Source: Octopus sinensis | Taxonomy: Eukaryota | Direction: 5' to 3' | NCBI RefSeq assembly: GCF_006345805.1 | Contig: NW_021834793.1 | Location: forward strand, 6,348 to 70,347 | DNA length: 64,000 nucleotides | Part shown: in pieces, positions 28,537 to 42,440 of the stretch | How positions within the stretch are numbered: the first letter of the stretch is position 1 | Layout: each line of letters opens with the position of its first letter | Position numbers and translations under genes: made by a program | Notes under the pieces: model-generated | Database searches by the model: none | Told to the model about the DNA's origin: nothing | Seen by the model: the letters and a program-made list of their open reading frames with translations, nothing else

Positions 28537-29776
28537 GTGATAACATTTTTTTTTTTACTTTCATTCAAGATAAATATGTTTACTTTCTCTGTTACAAATG
28601 TGATTTAGATTTATTGTTATATGCTACTGTGTGCATGTGTATACAGCAAGCTTTGTTAATACATGTGTGTATGCAGCACAGTATGACCTACAAATGCAGT
28701 TATGGCCTTGTAGTGAAAGAGTTTGTTTTCTAATCATGTTCCAGATTCAATCTCACTGTAGAGCACCATGGGCTAAGTTTCTTCTTGTTTTGCCTTGGGT
28801 CAGTTTAAATCTTGTAAGTGTAATTATTGAGATGGAATCTTGCGAAAACCTGTTGGTGGGTAGTAGACTTAATTCATTGTCCACTTCAACATCACCCTTC
28901 CTTCTAAGTTTGGGTGTCCTTAGTGCAAGGAGTCTTCTCTGTTTTAGACAACATAGCATGTATTTATAGGTTTGTGTGTGTGTATGTATAAATATGTATG
29001 TAGATACATCTCCTGATTTGTCTAAGGGTTGGTTAATCTAGTATCCATTAATCTGCTTGTAATATTCTGTCTCACAAATTAGAGACTATATTAAGTTAGA
29101 GTGTAGGGTTGTTTAATGTAATGTAGAATAAGCATGAATTTGTTTTTAATTGTGTATCTCAGCAGTGAGTGACAATGTTTATTTGTAGTGTAGGGTATTA
29201 ATATACTATAAAATATACATTAATTTGCTTGTAATAGTTTATCATGTATGTATGAGATTGGGTTGATGTAAACTGTGCTGAAGCCAATCAGAATGCATCA
29301 ATGATTTGAGAACCAATTTTGTCATGAAGTGTGATACTGATTCTGCATGAGAAGTAAGTTACTCCTGGAGCATTTAAACTGGCCATATCTGGTCAAAATA
29401 TTCTACCTGTAATATGTTTAAACTAGCCAGATTTAGTCTCTCACACCTACTCTGCATACAGTGTCATTGTAAAAATAAACAATCAAATCATCAAAATCCC
29501 AAATCTGCAAGATAATGTATGATTAATTCAAAACAATATAAATAAACAAGCATTACATTTGACAGAATATTCTGAATACTAAAGGATATGAGTATTTATG
29601 GAATACTCAACCACTTTATAGTTTAGTAAGTAGTTCCAGTTATGAAACAACTGTCAAAATCAATAAACGAGTCTGTCAGTAGAATTAATTAGATTTGTTT
29701 TAACTAAAATGCTTGCAGTTACTTCCCCAGTTGCAATTGTTTTTTTATCAAACCATTTTCTTGTTTCTTCTATCAG

Positions 29777-29872
29777 GAAACCCTTACTGGAAAATATGGT
29801 GAAGATTCTAAACTGATTTATGATTTGGTTGACCAAGGAGGTGAAATTCTATCACTGCGTTATGATTTGACC
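29777..29872 (+). CDS. HARS1: HisRS exon
   Basis: tatcag|[32 protein letters not shown]|gtatcttt; 96 nt; LRYDLT signature. Confidence 0.96.
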
Positions 29873-30491
<619 letters not shown>

Positions 30492-30636
30492 TAAATCTTT
30501 CTCTAATGTAGTCACCCTAATTGTTTATCCATTAACGCTGTTAAACTGATTCAGTTTTCTTTAACACCATTTTTGTATGCTTTAATTTTCAGCATTGCTG
30601 ATTCTCTTAAATGCCATCTAGTTTAACATTTATTTT

Positions 30637-30735
30637 AACCATCAACATCTGTGTTGTTAGGTTTAACTATCAACATCTGTGTTCTTAGGTTTAATCATCA
30701 ACAGCTATGTTGTTAGGTTTAAACCATCAACATCA
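30637..30735. repeat. ~27-28 bp minisatellite, about 3.5 copies
   Basis: aaccatcaacatctgtgttgttaggttt repeated. Confidence 0.75.
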
Positions 30736-30831
30736 CTGCTGATTAATTCACCTTTACTTGATCTCCTATATGTAAATATTACGTTGTACCATATCTGTCT
30801 AATGCATATCTTTATTATTCTATTGTGATAG

Positions 30832-30939
30832 GATATTGATATTGCTGGTCAATATGATCCAATGATCCCTGATGCTGAGTGTGTGAGGATGGTGTCCAGT
30901 ATCTTAACTGAACTCGATATTGGAAACTATGAGATCAAG
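30832..30939 (+). CDS. HARS1: HisRS exon
   Basis: gatag|DIDIAGQYDPMIPDAECVRMVSSILTELDIGNYEIK|gtgagt; 108 nt. Confidence 0.95.
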
Positions 30940-31490
30940 GTGAGTTGATCACATTATAAAGGCAGGTGTTGAGTATTCAAGTTTGTGTATGTGTAAGTGG
31001 CCATGTGAGTTGAGTGTAGGAGATTGTTGATGTGAAGTGGATGTAAGAATCTGTTTGTGAATGAGTTAAAACTGAGAATGAAATATGTACAGAAGAGTGT
31101 GTGGGCAATTGGGAATCGAGTGTGGATATGTGTAATCTCATGAGATGAGTGTAAGAATAGTTTTTATTGAATAAAATTTTAAATTGAAATAGTATTATAA
31201 GGAAATCTTTCATTGGAATAATATTATAATAAAGTTTTCTATTTAGGCAGTGTTACAATCAAGCCATTATTGTAACAATATGATGTGAAATTCTTTTATT
31301 AAGACTATATTATAAGAAAGAAATAGAGTACCAGTTACGCACTGGGGTCGATGTAATCAACTTACTCCCTTTGTCTGTCTTTGTCCCCTATATGTTTAGC
31401 CCCTTGTGGGCAATAAAGAAATATATATTATAAGAAAGTCTTTTATTGACACAGTTTTATAATATAGTGAGTTATTATTATCATTATTAT

Positions 31491-32380
31491 TAAGGTGGTG
31501 AGCTGTCAGAATCATTAGCATGCCGGGTAAAATGCTTAGCTGCATTTCGTCTGTCTTCATGATCTGAGTTCAAATTCCACCAAGGTCGATTTTGCCTTTC
31601 ATCCTTTCGGGGTCGATAAATTAAGTACCAGTGAAACACCAGGGCTAATGTAATCGACTTAACCCCTCCCACCAAATTCCAACCCTTGTGCCTATAAGAG
31701 AAAGGATTATTATTAAAGCAGTGAAGGTGTCAAGCTGGCAGAATTGTTACTGCACCAAACAAAATGCTTGATGGCAGTTCTTTGGGCCCTCTACATTCTG
31801 AATTCAAATTTTGCTAAGGTCAACTTTACCTTTCAACCTTTCAGAGTAAAAAAATAAGTACCAGTCAAGTACTAGGGTTGGTGTAATTGACTTCCCCTCC
31901 CCTCAAAAACTGCTTGTCTTGTGCCAAAATTTGAAACCATTATTGTTATTATTAAGGCAATGAAGGTAGTGAGCTGGCTGAACCATTAATGCATCAGACA
32001 AATGCTTAGTGGCATTTCATCCATATTTACATTTTAAGTTCATACTCTACCAAGGTTGACTGCCTTTCATCCTTTCAAGGTCAATGAAATAAGTACCATT
32101 TTAGCACTGGGGTTGATATAATCAACTTACTCCCTCCCCAAATAGACCTTGTGCCTGTAGTAGAAAGGATTATTATTAAGGTGATGAACTGACAGAATCA
32201 TTAGTGTGTTAAACAAAATGCCTATCAGCATTTCTTCTGGCTCTTTCATCCTTCCCTGATTATTAATAAAGTACTAGTCAAGTACTGGGGATAATGTAAT
32301 TGATTTGCTCCCTTTCACTAAATTACTGACCCTGTGGCAAAATTAGAAAGAATTATTATTATTATTATTATTATTATTAT
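31491..32380 (+). mobile_element. Four head-to-tail Deu/Nin-domain-type SINEs
   Basis: aaggtggtgagctg(g)cagaatc heads near 31492, 31725, 31963, 32178, each ending in (ATT)n; gcctttcatcctttcggggtcgataaattaagtacc core. Confidence 0.85.
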
Positions 32381-33043
32381 CATTTGAAACTAAAATACGT
32401 GTGTACAAATCTTTATTTTGAGCACACATTTGTATGAAACTGAATGTCACAATTTTTGAAAGATGTGATATCTCCAGTATTGAAAGCATGCTGTTTAGAA
32501 TTCAATGCAGATGGGCATAACATGTTCTTTGAATGCAAGATGATTGCATTCCAAAAATTCTTTTGTGTGGCTGACAAGTAGAGGGATTTCCCAATAAAGG
32601 ATAACTTGAAACAATCACTAAAATCCCTACACCTTAATTTAACACCATATTGCCTAGAACAATCTGAGTGGTATAAAATGTGTCATGTAGCATCAAAAAA
32701 TTTGAGTTGCAGGAACAGAACAATAAAAGAATGATATTCTGCAATCAACAGACACATTTGTCCAATCACAATCAAAATCATCATCATCCCCATTGTGACT
32801 TTATGGCAAAATCCATTCCTGGACTCAAATTATATTCATGCATCTGTCACAAATAGATGCAGCTTCTTTTGGTTTTAATCCTTTCCTTCAAACACTTATA
32901 TGTCAAAATCGACAGGAGGCATCATCATCAACATCATCATCATTATAGAAATAATAATAATAATGATGATGATGATAATGATAAAGTCTGCAGTTAATGC
33001 AGTTGGCTAGATAGTGGCCATCACCATCTTCAAGTTTACTTAA

Positions 33044-34123
33044 CCCTTTCGTTACCAAACCGCCCGAAACCGCCTGAAAAAAATTTTGGTTAATGTGACC
33101 AAGCCGCCCAAAACCGCCCGAATTTACCTATTCATATTTAAATGAGAATATCAGAGCAAATCTCTTTAGTACATTCGTGAAAACGCGTATTATACTTTGT
33201 AAAGAGTTCAACTACAGTTTTGTACAAAAATCGAAGTGTAATTTTAATTCCGTGAATTTTGGGAGATTTTTTTCCGAAATTTGTTCCTATTGTGTTTTCA
33301 AAATTTGTAATTCTGACAAAAAATGGATACGAATTTCATTATATCAAGCAGTGAGTCAGAATTCGAAGGATTTTCTACTGAAGACCTTCATAAATCTAAC
33401 TCTATGACTGAAAAAAAAAAAGCATGTGGTATTTGATAATGAATCTGATGTTTCATTTTCTGAAAGTGAAAACAGTGAATCCGAGAGCTCCGACAGCGAT
33501 AAAGAAAATGAATTGGCACCTGAATGGAGTGAAAATTTAAAAACTGTTTCTTTCGGTGATTTTTCTGAAGAAACTGGACCAAGCCACAGACTTTCCCAGA
33601 AGGGTTAAAGCCTTAGACTATTTCTTTTTACTTTTTCGAATGAGCCTATTTGAAATCATTACGGCGGAAACGAACCGTTACGCTAAACGTAAACAAAACG
33701 AAAGAAAGTGGTTTCCCATAACCTTAAATGAAATTAAGACTATTTTGCCATAAATATTATTATGGGTATCAGAAAGTTACCCAGAATAACAAATTCTATC
33801 ATAAAATTTTGTTGTATACCCAACTGAATATTAGCTAATAACCCATTTTCTATAGCGATGTTTAAACAAAATTTTAATAATTTTATATTTTGTTGAATTT
33901 ACCTGTATCTACCTGCAATTAGAGTCACTTTGTGACAAAAGTTATGGTATAGAATTGGTTGAGAACCTTTCATTAAATTATCTTCCAAAAATCAGATTAA
34001 TATATTGATAAATAAAAAAGTTATAGTTTGTTTAATGAAACCAGACTAAATTTATGATTACATTAGAAATTAATTGAAACATATAAGGGGTGTATTTTGG
34101 TCAGAAATATAGTAACGAAAGGG
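33044..34123 (+). mobile_element. piggyBac internal-deletion derivative
   Basis: TTAA TSDs (33040-33043, 34124-34127), TIR CCCTTTCGTTAC / GTAACGAAAGGG; transposase N-terminus (acidic SESE tract, ETNRYA, W..IT..EIK, IMGI.KLP). Confidence 0.92.
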
Positions 34124-34355
34124 TTAAACAGTCTCTATTACAGGAATAAGCAATTGATCATTTGGTGATAGTTGGTGAGACTGTATCACTCAAAAAGGTC
34201 TCTAGCTGAATATGCGTGTGAGCATGGATACATACATGTGTCTGTTTATTCATGTGGATGCAAGCATAGATAAATAGTTTAGTTCACATTGTAATCATGA
34301 AATATTGGGTTCAATTCCAATTATGGCTCCTTTTAACCTTTAGTTGACTCAGGTG

Positions 34356-34900
34356 TTCATCATCATCATTGTTTGACGTCTGCCTTCCATGCTGGTATGA
34401 GTAGGACGGTTTGATGAGAGCCACCCAGGCAGAAGCTTGCATCAGACTTCTGTGACTGTTTTGGCAGGATTTTTGCAGGTGGATGCCCTTCTTAACACCA
34501 ACCACTCAGCAAAGTGGACTTTATGCTTTTTACATAGCACAAACACCGGTGAGGCTAGTTTTGGCAAGGTTTGTACAGCTGAATGCCCTTCCAAATGCCA
34601 ACCACTTTACAGTGTGGACAGGATGCTTTTAAGTGGCACCTGCACCGACAGGGTCACCAAGTAGCCTGCAAGACAAAAATCCTTTGAGAGGGGAGGGGGT
34701 TGATCTTGTGTCAGATGATGAAAGGTTATAGAGAGACAGAAACAGGTGTCTTGCTGTAAAGGAGGTACAAGGTTACCCAACTGGGGAGAGAGAGAGAGAG
34801 AAGCATCAGAAATGAAGACAGAGACAGGTGCACTGCCGCAGAGGAGATACATAGCTACCCAGCCTGAGGGAAGTGCAGAAGAAGGAAAGAGAGAGTGGAA
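34356..34900 (-). mobile_element. RTE-tail-related composite repeat
   Basis: (CAT)n start and tail motifs; similar to 50130-50620 in the opposite orientation. Confidence 0.65.
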
Positions 34901-34916
34901 GACGGCAGGATAGAGG

Positions 34917-36440
34917 TGAACAAAAACAAAAATTAGATGGAAGCCAGTCAGAAGGACTCTATCTGGAAGAGGAATGCCAGAGGACTGGGCACTAAGTATG
35001 GTGGTATGGATATTCAAGGGGAAGGGGGATGCAAGAGGAGTGAAGTTATTGGAGCATGCAATGAAGATAGTGGAAAGAGTGTTGGAGAGGAGAATTTGGA
35101 AAGGGGTGGATGTAGATGAGATGCAATTTGGTTTTATGCCAGGAAGGAGGACAATAGATGCAGTGTTCATTGTAAGGAGATTGCAAGAGAAATACCGAGA
35201 TAAGGAGAAGGAATTGTACATGTGCTTCGTTGATCAGGAGGAGGCATTTGACAGGGTTCCAAGGAAGGTGATTGAGTGAGCATTGAGGAAGAGTGGTGTA
35301 CTAGAGGTAATAGTGAGAGCAGCGATGAGTTTGTACAAAGGGGTAAAGACAAAAGTGAGAGTTGGATCAGAGCTGTCGGAGGAGTTTGTGGTGAAAGTTG
35401 GTGTGTATCAGGGATCTGTGTTGTCACCATTGTTGTTTGCAATAGTGATTGATGTGGTGACGGAAAGTGCAAGAGAGGAATTGATAATGGAGATACTGTA
35501 TGTGGATGACCTTATTCTAGAGGGATTGAAGAAGTTTTGGAAATGGAAGGAGGCATTTGAAAGCAAGGGTTTGAAGATAAACCTCGGGAAGACAAAGGTG
35601 ATGGTGAGCGGGGTGGAAGGAGAAGTGTTAGTAAGGTGGATCCATGTGGTGTCTGTGGGAGGAGGGTAATGGCAAATGCAGTGTTGTGTACGAGATGTGA
35701 GAAATGGATTCATGGTAGATGTACAAAAATGAAGAAGGTGACCCCCAAGACTGGCAAGAGAGCTTGTTTGTGGAAGATGTGAGATAGGAGCTGGAGGGCT
35801 GGCAGAACCAGTGAAAATGTTATGTGATGAGGTTTTGTTATTTGGGAGATAGGGTGGATGTAAGTGGTGGATGTGAAGCAGCTGTGACAGCAAGAGTGAG
35901 ACTTAGCTGGGTGAAGTTCAGGGAATGTGGAGCGTTGTTGTATGGGAAAAGGTTCTCATTGAAGATGAAAGGAAGGATCTATAGGAGTTGCGTGAGAGCT
36001 GCAATGCTGTATGGGAATGAGACATCATGTCTGAGGGGGAGAGAGATGGCAATTTTGAGAAGGGCTGAGAGAGCAATGGTGAGAGAATTATGTTGATAAG
36101 AGGGGACTGAAAACTTGATGGGGATGCTGAGGTTGGAGGAATTGATGGAACTGTTGGCAAGGGTAAATGGAGTTCAGTTTTATGGGCATGTGTTGAGGAG
36201 GGATGAGGAGCATGTTCTGAGGAGAGTATTTGAATTTGAGGTAAATGGACCATGAAAGCGAGGAAGACTGAGGAAAACATGGAGGGGACAGGTGGAGGAG
36301 GAGATTGGGAGGGTTGGCTTGAGAAGGGAGGACGCCCAAAATCAGGTGAGATGGTGTGAGGGCAGTTGCTGTGGCATTGAGGTATATCTGGCCACCCCCA
36401 TTAACGGGGACAAACCCAAATTGAAAACACTGGATGAATC
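34917..36440 (+). mobile_element. Degenerate RTE LINE of a second family (also PHD-containing)
   Basis: QFGFMPGR, AFDRVPR, QGSVLSPLLF, LYVDD, C..C...CTRC.KWIHGRC...VCGRC, YGHVLR. Confidence 0.88.
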
Positions 36441-37002
36441 TTATGAACATAAATCCAATACCCTAACCTCTAAGCCATGTGCCTCCACATATATATGTAC
36501 ATATATACATACATATGTGTGTGTGCGTATATATCTTTTATTGTATGCAGACAAAGCTACATATTTAATACTTGTGCACAAATATTTTATCATACACATA
36601 TACAATACGCATACATACATAGCTGTGCTTATATACTCTATCATATACACATATACAATACACATACATACATAACTATGTATTTTATACTTGTGCTTTA
36701 TACAAGTATTATACTCTCATACAGTATACATACAGCTATGAATTTGATATATTTTATTATAGACATTTATACAATATACTTCATTAATAAAGCTGCAAAG
36801 ATATTACAACAGTTCTTGTGATGTCTTTGCAGCTTTATTAATAAAGCAGATTACTCTGCCTCTGGTATTCAAGTACTATATTTTCCACCTTGTTTTACAT
36901 TTATGTGCTTACTCTGGTATATACAATATATGTACATACATAGCTATGTATTTTATATTTGTGCCTACATATTTTATTTATCTGATTTTTTTCATTTCCC
37001 AG

Positions 37003-37101
37003 GTGAACCACCGCAAACTCTTAGATGGTATATTTGCGGCATGTGGTGTCCCAGAGAAAGATTTCCGACCAATTTGCTCTGCTGTTGACAAACTTGATAA
37101 G
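37003..37101 (+). CDS. HARS1: HisRS exon ending in a GC donor
   Basis: ttcccag|[33 protein letters not shown]|gcaagt; 99 nt. Confidence 0.94.
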
Positions 37102-37530
37102 GCAAGTCAATGTTTGTGATTCATTATATTTGAAGAATATATTTTTACATTTCAATCATTCCATCTAAATTGTCTTACAACTCACCTATGTACAGTCTCA
37201 CACCTAACCTGCCTACAGTCTCAGGCCTCACCTACACATCTCACCTATCTGCATTGCCTCACACCTCACCTACCTACACAGTCTATCACCTCACTTATCT
37301 ACACAGTCTCACACCTCATCTATCTACACTGTTTCAAACTTCACTTGCCTCCACTTTCAGCTAAATAGTCTCCTGTCTAACTAAAACTCCTGAAAATCAC
37401 ACCTCACCATCCTAAAAAGAGAAAGACTTATATGTATCCAGAATAATGTGCACTTGGATACTCTACCTTAAGTAAAGACTAAATGATAATTGCTCTAGCA
37501 CCTTTTCTCACATGTCTACTCTGTCAAGAT

Positions 37531-37660
37531 TGACCTTTAATGATAAGTCTGCTCAATGAAGAATGACCTTTAATAAGTCTGCTCAATCAGGAATGACCTT
37601 TAATCATAAGTCTATTCAATCAGGAATGACCTTTGATCATGCCTACTCAAAAAGGAATGT
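37531..37660. repeat. ~30-33 bp minisatellite, about 4 copies
   Basis: gaatgacctttaat(cat)aagtctgctcaatcag repeated. Confidence 0.7.
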
Positions 37661-38796
37661 CTAAACAAGTCTCCCTCAAATCACACCCTTCCTTCTTAAA
37701 AAAGACGATGTAATCCTGACTGTTCCTGAATAAAAAGGTGGAATGGTTGAATCTGGAATGATTTATTGATTGTTTGATGAGATTACCTGATGTTTAGCAG
37801 CAACAACAACTAAGAATATGTCTCAAATCTCTTCAGCAACAATGTCTCAAATCTCTTCATCTCGTCTGTTTTATTAATGTTATCATGTTGCTAGAAGCTA
37901 CTACATATGGTTCACTTCTACCATATTCATGGTGATAATGTCTGTCGACTCCTCACCAAATCTTTCATTGACTGTTGTTAAGTTCTATAGGTAGAAACAA
38001 AGTTAAAGTTATTCTTTTAATGCCAGACTATGAAAACATTAAATAAGTGGTTCAACTTTTTCACTTGTATGCTTACCTATGAAAAAAAAATACACCTAAG
38101 TATATCTGCCCCAACAAGTTCCATCTGATCCATACAAGCTTGGGAAAGTGGACATTAAAACAGTATTAGTCTCTCTAAATAAAACATTGTACTATTTATT
38201 GACTTACTTCTTTGTAGCTCAGGTAGTAGATTGTAAAAAACACAAATTGTGTGTGTGTATAAAATATTTGTCCTAAGTGCAAAGTAGTCCTGATGTTGTC
38301 TTTGCTCACCTTGTTACTTGTGTTTTGGTGTTCCCTATCAGTTGGTGACCCCTAGAACCAGTATAATAGTCAGTATTATTGTTGCTGAGGACAAAACAAC
38401 CCCTTTAGATGCTGGTGCTGCGATAAAATATATCCAGCACATTGCAAAGTGGTTGGTGAATGGAGATAGAATAGAAATGACGTTTTGGTGTTGCTTAAAA
38501 CACAATGACCTCTCTAATAATGGTGCCAAGATGCATATAAAATGATGATGCATACATGAAATTATAGATATACAAAAAAATGGAAAGCAAGTTTATTTAT
38601 AGACGTATGCCTTTTCACAGATATAAATTTATCATTAGTTGCAGCAGCAACAAGAATATTTGACAGCTATCATGGATTTCTATGCTTGCAAAGTGCTATT
38701 TACTGGTAACTAGTTACTTCCATTCAAGGTGGCTTACTCAGAGGGTCAAAACACCGTATTGTAACCAAAGATTACAAGGTCATGAGTTAAGGTATA

Positions 38797-39280
38797 CAGT
38801 AATCCCTCACCATATTGTGGTGCACTTACTGCGCACTCAGTGCATCACGGATTTTTCTGGCTAATATATGTAAATTTATATCATAGACTCCTCAATATAT
38901 AGTGGGTTTCTGTGGCCGATAGGTATTTATATTTTTTTAGATTTTAATTATTTCTGTGGTAAAATAAGCATTTTCATGCCTATAAATTAATAAATAAAAA
39001 TACAGTACTGTACTGCACTGTATAATACATTAAGTAAAATATATTAAAAGAAAATTCATAGTGTACCATAGATGAGTAAACAAAAAACTGCACTTACTGT
39101 ATGGAAAATGAAACTCGGGAGGTGAGTGTGTGGTATTGTTTTGCATTTATATAATAAATATATACAAATTATAAAAATGATAAAGAATATATACAGTACA
39201 GCACTGTTTCTACTTCACAGATTTTCACCTATCGTAGGAGGTTTTGGAACATAACACGCTTGATAGTCAAGGGATTATTG
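38797..39280. mobile_element. Tigger/pogo-like MITE
   Basis: ta|cagtaatccct ... agggattattg imperfect TIRs, AT-rich interior. Confidence 0.55.
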
Positions 39281-39460
39281 CATTGCACTTATATTGGTTC
39301 ATCACATTATATTAAAGCCACAGTGACTTATGTCGTAAAATCTGAACATATGATCTTGTAGTCAGTTATCCAACATCTTAATTCATAGACTTTGTGCCTC
39401 ATATGATTATAATAATGAAATCTTGCAATATATTTATACATTTTCTTACCATTTTCTAAG

Positions 39461-39554
39461 ATGGATTGGTGTGATGTTCGTAAAGAAATGACAGATGAAA
39501 AAGGCCTTGCCCCAGAGACAGCTGATAGAATATGGGAATATGTTAAATTGAAAG
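39461..39554 (+). CDS. HARS1: HisRS exon (insertion domain)
   Basis: ttttctaag|[32 protein letters not shown]|gtgact; 94 nt, ends in phase 1. Confidence 0.92.
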
Positions 39555-40201
39555 GTGACTTTTATAGTATCTCACCCTTTTCTCTTTCCTCTACTTCCTT
39601 TATGTCTCTTTCAGTTTCTTTATCCTAAACCCCTCCCTCTCTTCTCTTAGTCCTCTGCTTTTCTACCTTCTACATAGTTTGCTCTTTTTCTCTTGTTCCT
39701 ACCTTTTTTTCTCTCTTATGTTGTTCACTTCAATATTTTTGTTTTCTTTTGCTGCTATTTCCTTGCATTTTACATAAAACAATTTCTTACTTCATTTTCG
39801 CCCCCTACCCCACCCTCTGATCTTTTTTTTTTACCAGTCTTTTCTTCCACTTCATTTTCTTTTATTCCCATTTTCTCTTTCACTCATTCTGTTTCTTTTA
39901 ACCTTTTTTCCCATTCTCTTCCACCTCTCAATTTTTTTTTCTTTCTCACCATTTCTATGATAAATCCCTTGAAGCAACAAGAGATCCTTCACGTACTAGA
40001 TTTAACTGCAAAATCTTCCCTAAATTACATTTTGCTATTTAAAGAAAGGCTGACATATCAGGTAATGTAGCTCTAAATAAACTAGGCTTGAAAAGAAAAT
40101 AGGAGGTTGATAATAGGAACACCTTTGATCACAGATGTTCTGGTCCAGATTTGCTCTGTGACCAAACAAAAATAACATCCCACTTATCTTTTTCTTTACC
40201 C

Positions 40202-40258
<57 letters not shown>

Positions 40259-40409
40259 TTCTACTGCCTTCCTCCTTCTTTAGTAAACTCTTCACCAACA
40301 TTCACAAGATTTGTACCTTTCTGGTGTTTATTTGTTTGAGTCCCTGTCACCACTTCTCAGTTAAATTTGAAATCCTTCATTTATTTTTAAAGAACTGTTT
40401 CACTTGCAG

Positions 40410-40537
40410 GCAAAATGGAACTTGTTGACCGATTAAACAATGATAGTGTATTGATGGCACAAAAACCTGCTGCTGAAGGTGTTGCTGACATGAAACTGTT
40501 ACTGAAGTACTGTGACATTTATGGTTGTCTAGACAAG
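40410..40537 (+). CDS. HARS1: HisRS exon
   Basis: ttgcag|(G)KMELVDRLNNDSVLMAQKPAAEGVADMKLLLKYCDIYGCLDK|gtaagt; 128 nt, restores frame. Confidence 0.92.
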
Positions 40538-42080
40538 GTAAGTTGCAAGCTCCACACCTGATGCATCCACATATATTGTTTCAGTTGTGTTGGATAACTA
40601 TGCCTACAGAAGCTGGTGCTTGGTCTCAGTTTCATAGTATTATGAGAGATGCATTTCATCTTTGCAAAGTGGCCAATCTGAGGCTAACAATGTCCTCAGA
40701 GTATCTAACTTATCTTTGGGAGATGAGAAATGTTAGATTGAATTACAGAATGCAGGAAAAGCACATACATTGAAACGCATGACTTGTAGTCCATTTAGAT
40801 GATTTGCTAAAGTAAATATGTTTCTAATTAACAGCAATGATCCAACGTGACACTTATGTGTGTTACCCAGAGAACTAGGTCCCTTCCTTGAGCCACTTCC
40901 TATTGATATCCAGTCCCCATTCTTAATGTTGCCCCTCCCCCACCTCTTAACACCCTATCACACATTTCTCCACCACTTTCCTATCTGCTGTATAATTCTG
41001 CTGCTTGAAATGAAAGCAGGACCTATTACTATATACCATACCATATTACCATCTCTGTACTGCCAGTCACCACTTCCTCTTCTCTGAGCTATATCCAGTT
41101 GGCATCCATCCGCATTCTAATAATTGTCCAAACCCACCATTCATATTTCTCACCCCACACCTGTTCATGTTTTACTGTATTCATCCCTCTATATATAAAT
41201 GACCACCTCCACTCCTATGTCTATATCTACCTCTTATTCTCTTCCCATAGTTTTACAACCTTATCTACTCTCCCTGATTCTTTTGTGTCCACCCTCTCTT
41301 CCATTCGTCGTCTTGGATATATTATCATCAGAGCATGTTCTGTCACCATTGTATTTATCTCTCTTTCAGGCAGCTCTCCAGCCTCACCCCAACCCCACAT
41401 ACACCTATGTAAAATGCAAGTAACCATGAGTCTCCTCTCCCAAGAATAAACTCATTCATGCTGGCTCTCTCTAGAATCTTTGTTAATTGTACCTGAATAT
41501 GAAATAGATGGAAAAAGAATGTAGAAGTGTGTATAGAGCACTGACAGAAAGATATATGTATGTTGGCTTTTATAAAAATTTATTCATTCATATTGAGTCT
41601 ACTTGGTCACAGTGGGGTCTAAATAGAGCCACTGTATGTAGACTACTTTTTAATATGGGCCCTAATGCAGTTTTAACTAAATTAGAGAAAGATTCATTTA
41701 TTACATATTTCCATTGAGCACAGCAGAGAACTGTAGTATCTGTCCCATAGTTCTTAGCATACCAAGCAAGCTGTTCTAACAAGAGGTGAGGTTAGGGGAA
41801 CGGATAGTCTGACATCTTATGTACTTGACTCTGTGTAACCCTAAGATAACAAGGCTGAGAAATAGTACCATAGACAACTGATAGTGTGCTAGATAACCCT
41901 GTAAGGGATTAGAATTTCATTTCTAGTTATCAGCATTGTTTTTCTGAGAGGTGAACAGCTTGCAGTCATGTTTTCAACTGCATAAGTATGCCACTTTCTA
42001 GCCCAGTTAACTAACGGTCTGTTAAACTATAGTCCTATTAAGCTAATAACCAATTAAACTCTAATAAGCCATCCTAGTTC

Positions 42081-42440
42081 ATCATCATTATCATTTAACA
42101 TCCGTTGTCCATGCTGGCATGGGTTGAACAGTTTGGCTAGGGCTGGTAAGCTGAGGGGCTGTACCAGAGTCTAGTCTGATTTGGCATGATTTCTATGGCT
42201 TGATGCCCTTCCTAATGCCAACCACTCTGAGAGTGTAACGGGTGCTTTTATGTGCCACTGGCATAGGTATCAGTTTGCATGACACCAATATCAGCTGTGA
42301 CTATGATTTCATTTGGCTTGATGGGTTTTCTTCTCAAGCACATCATTTGTCATTGCTTCCATGAGGCCCAGTGTTCGGAAGGTACTTTTTATGTACCACC
42401 AGCGTGGGTGCTAGTTACACAATATCAGCATTGACCACAT
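42081..42440 (-). mobile_element. RTE 3' tail/SINE-like copy, degenerate
   Basis: (ATC)n then catgctggcatggg...gatgcccttcctaatgccaaccactc. Confidence 0.7.

Noticed and set aside
28631-28969. 112-aa intronic ORF
   Set aside because: Overlaps what looks like a decayed SINE; no recognisable motif
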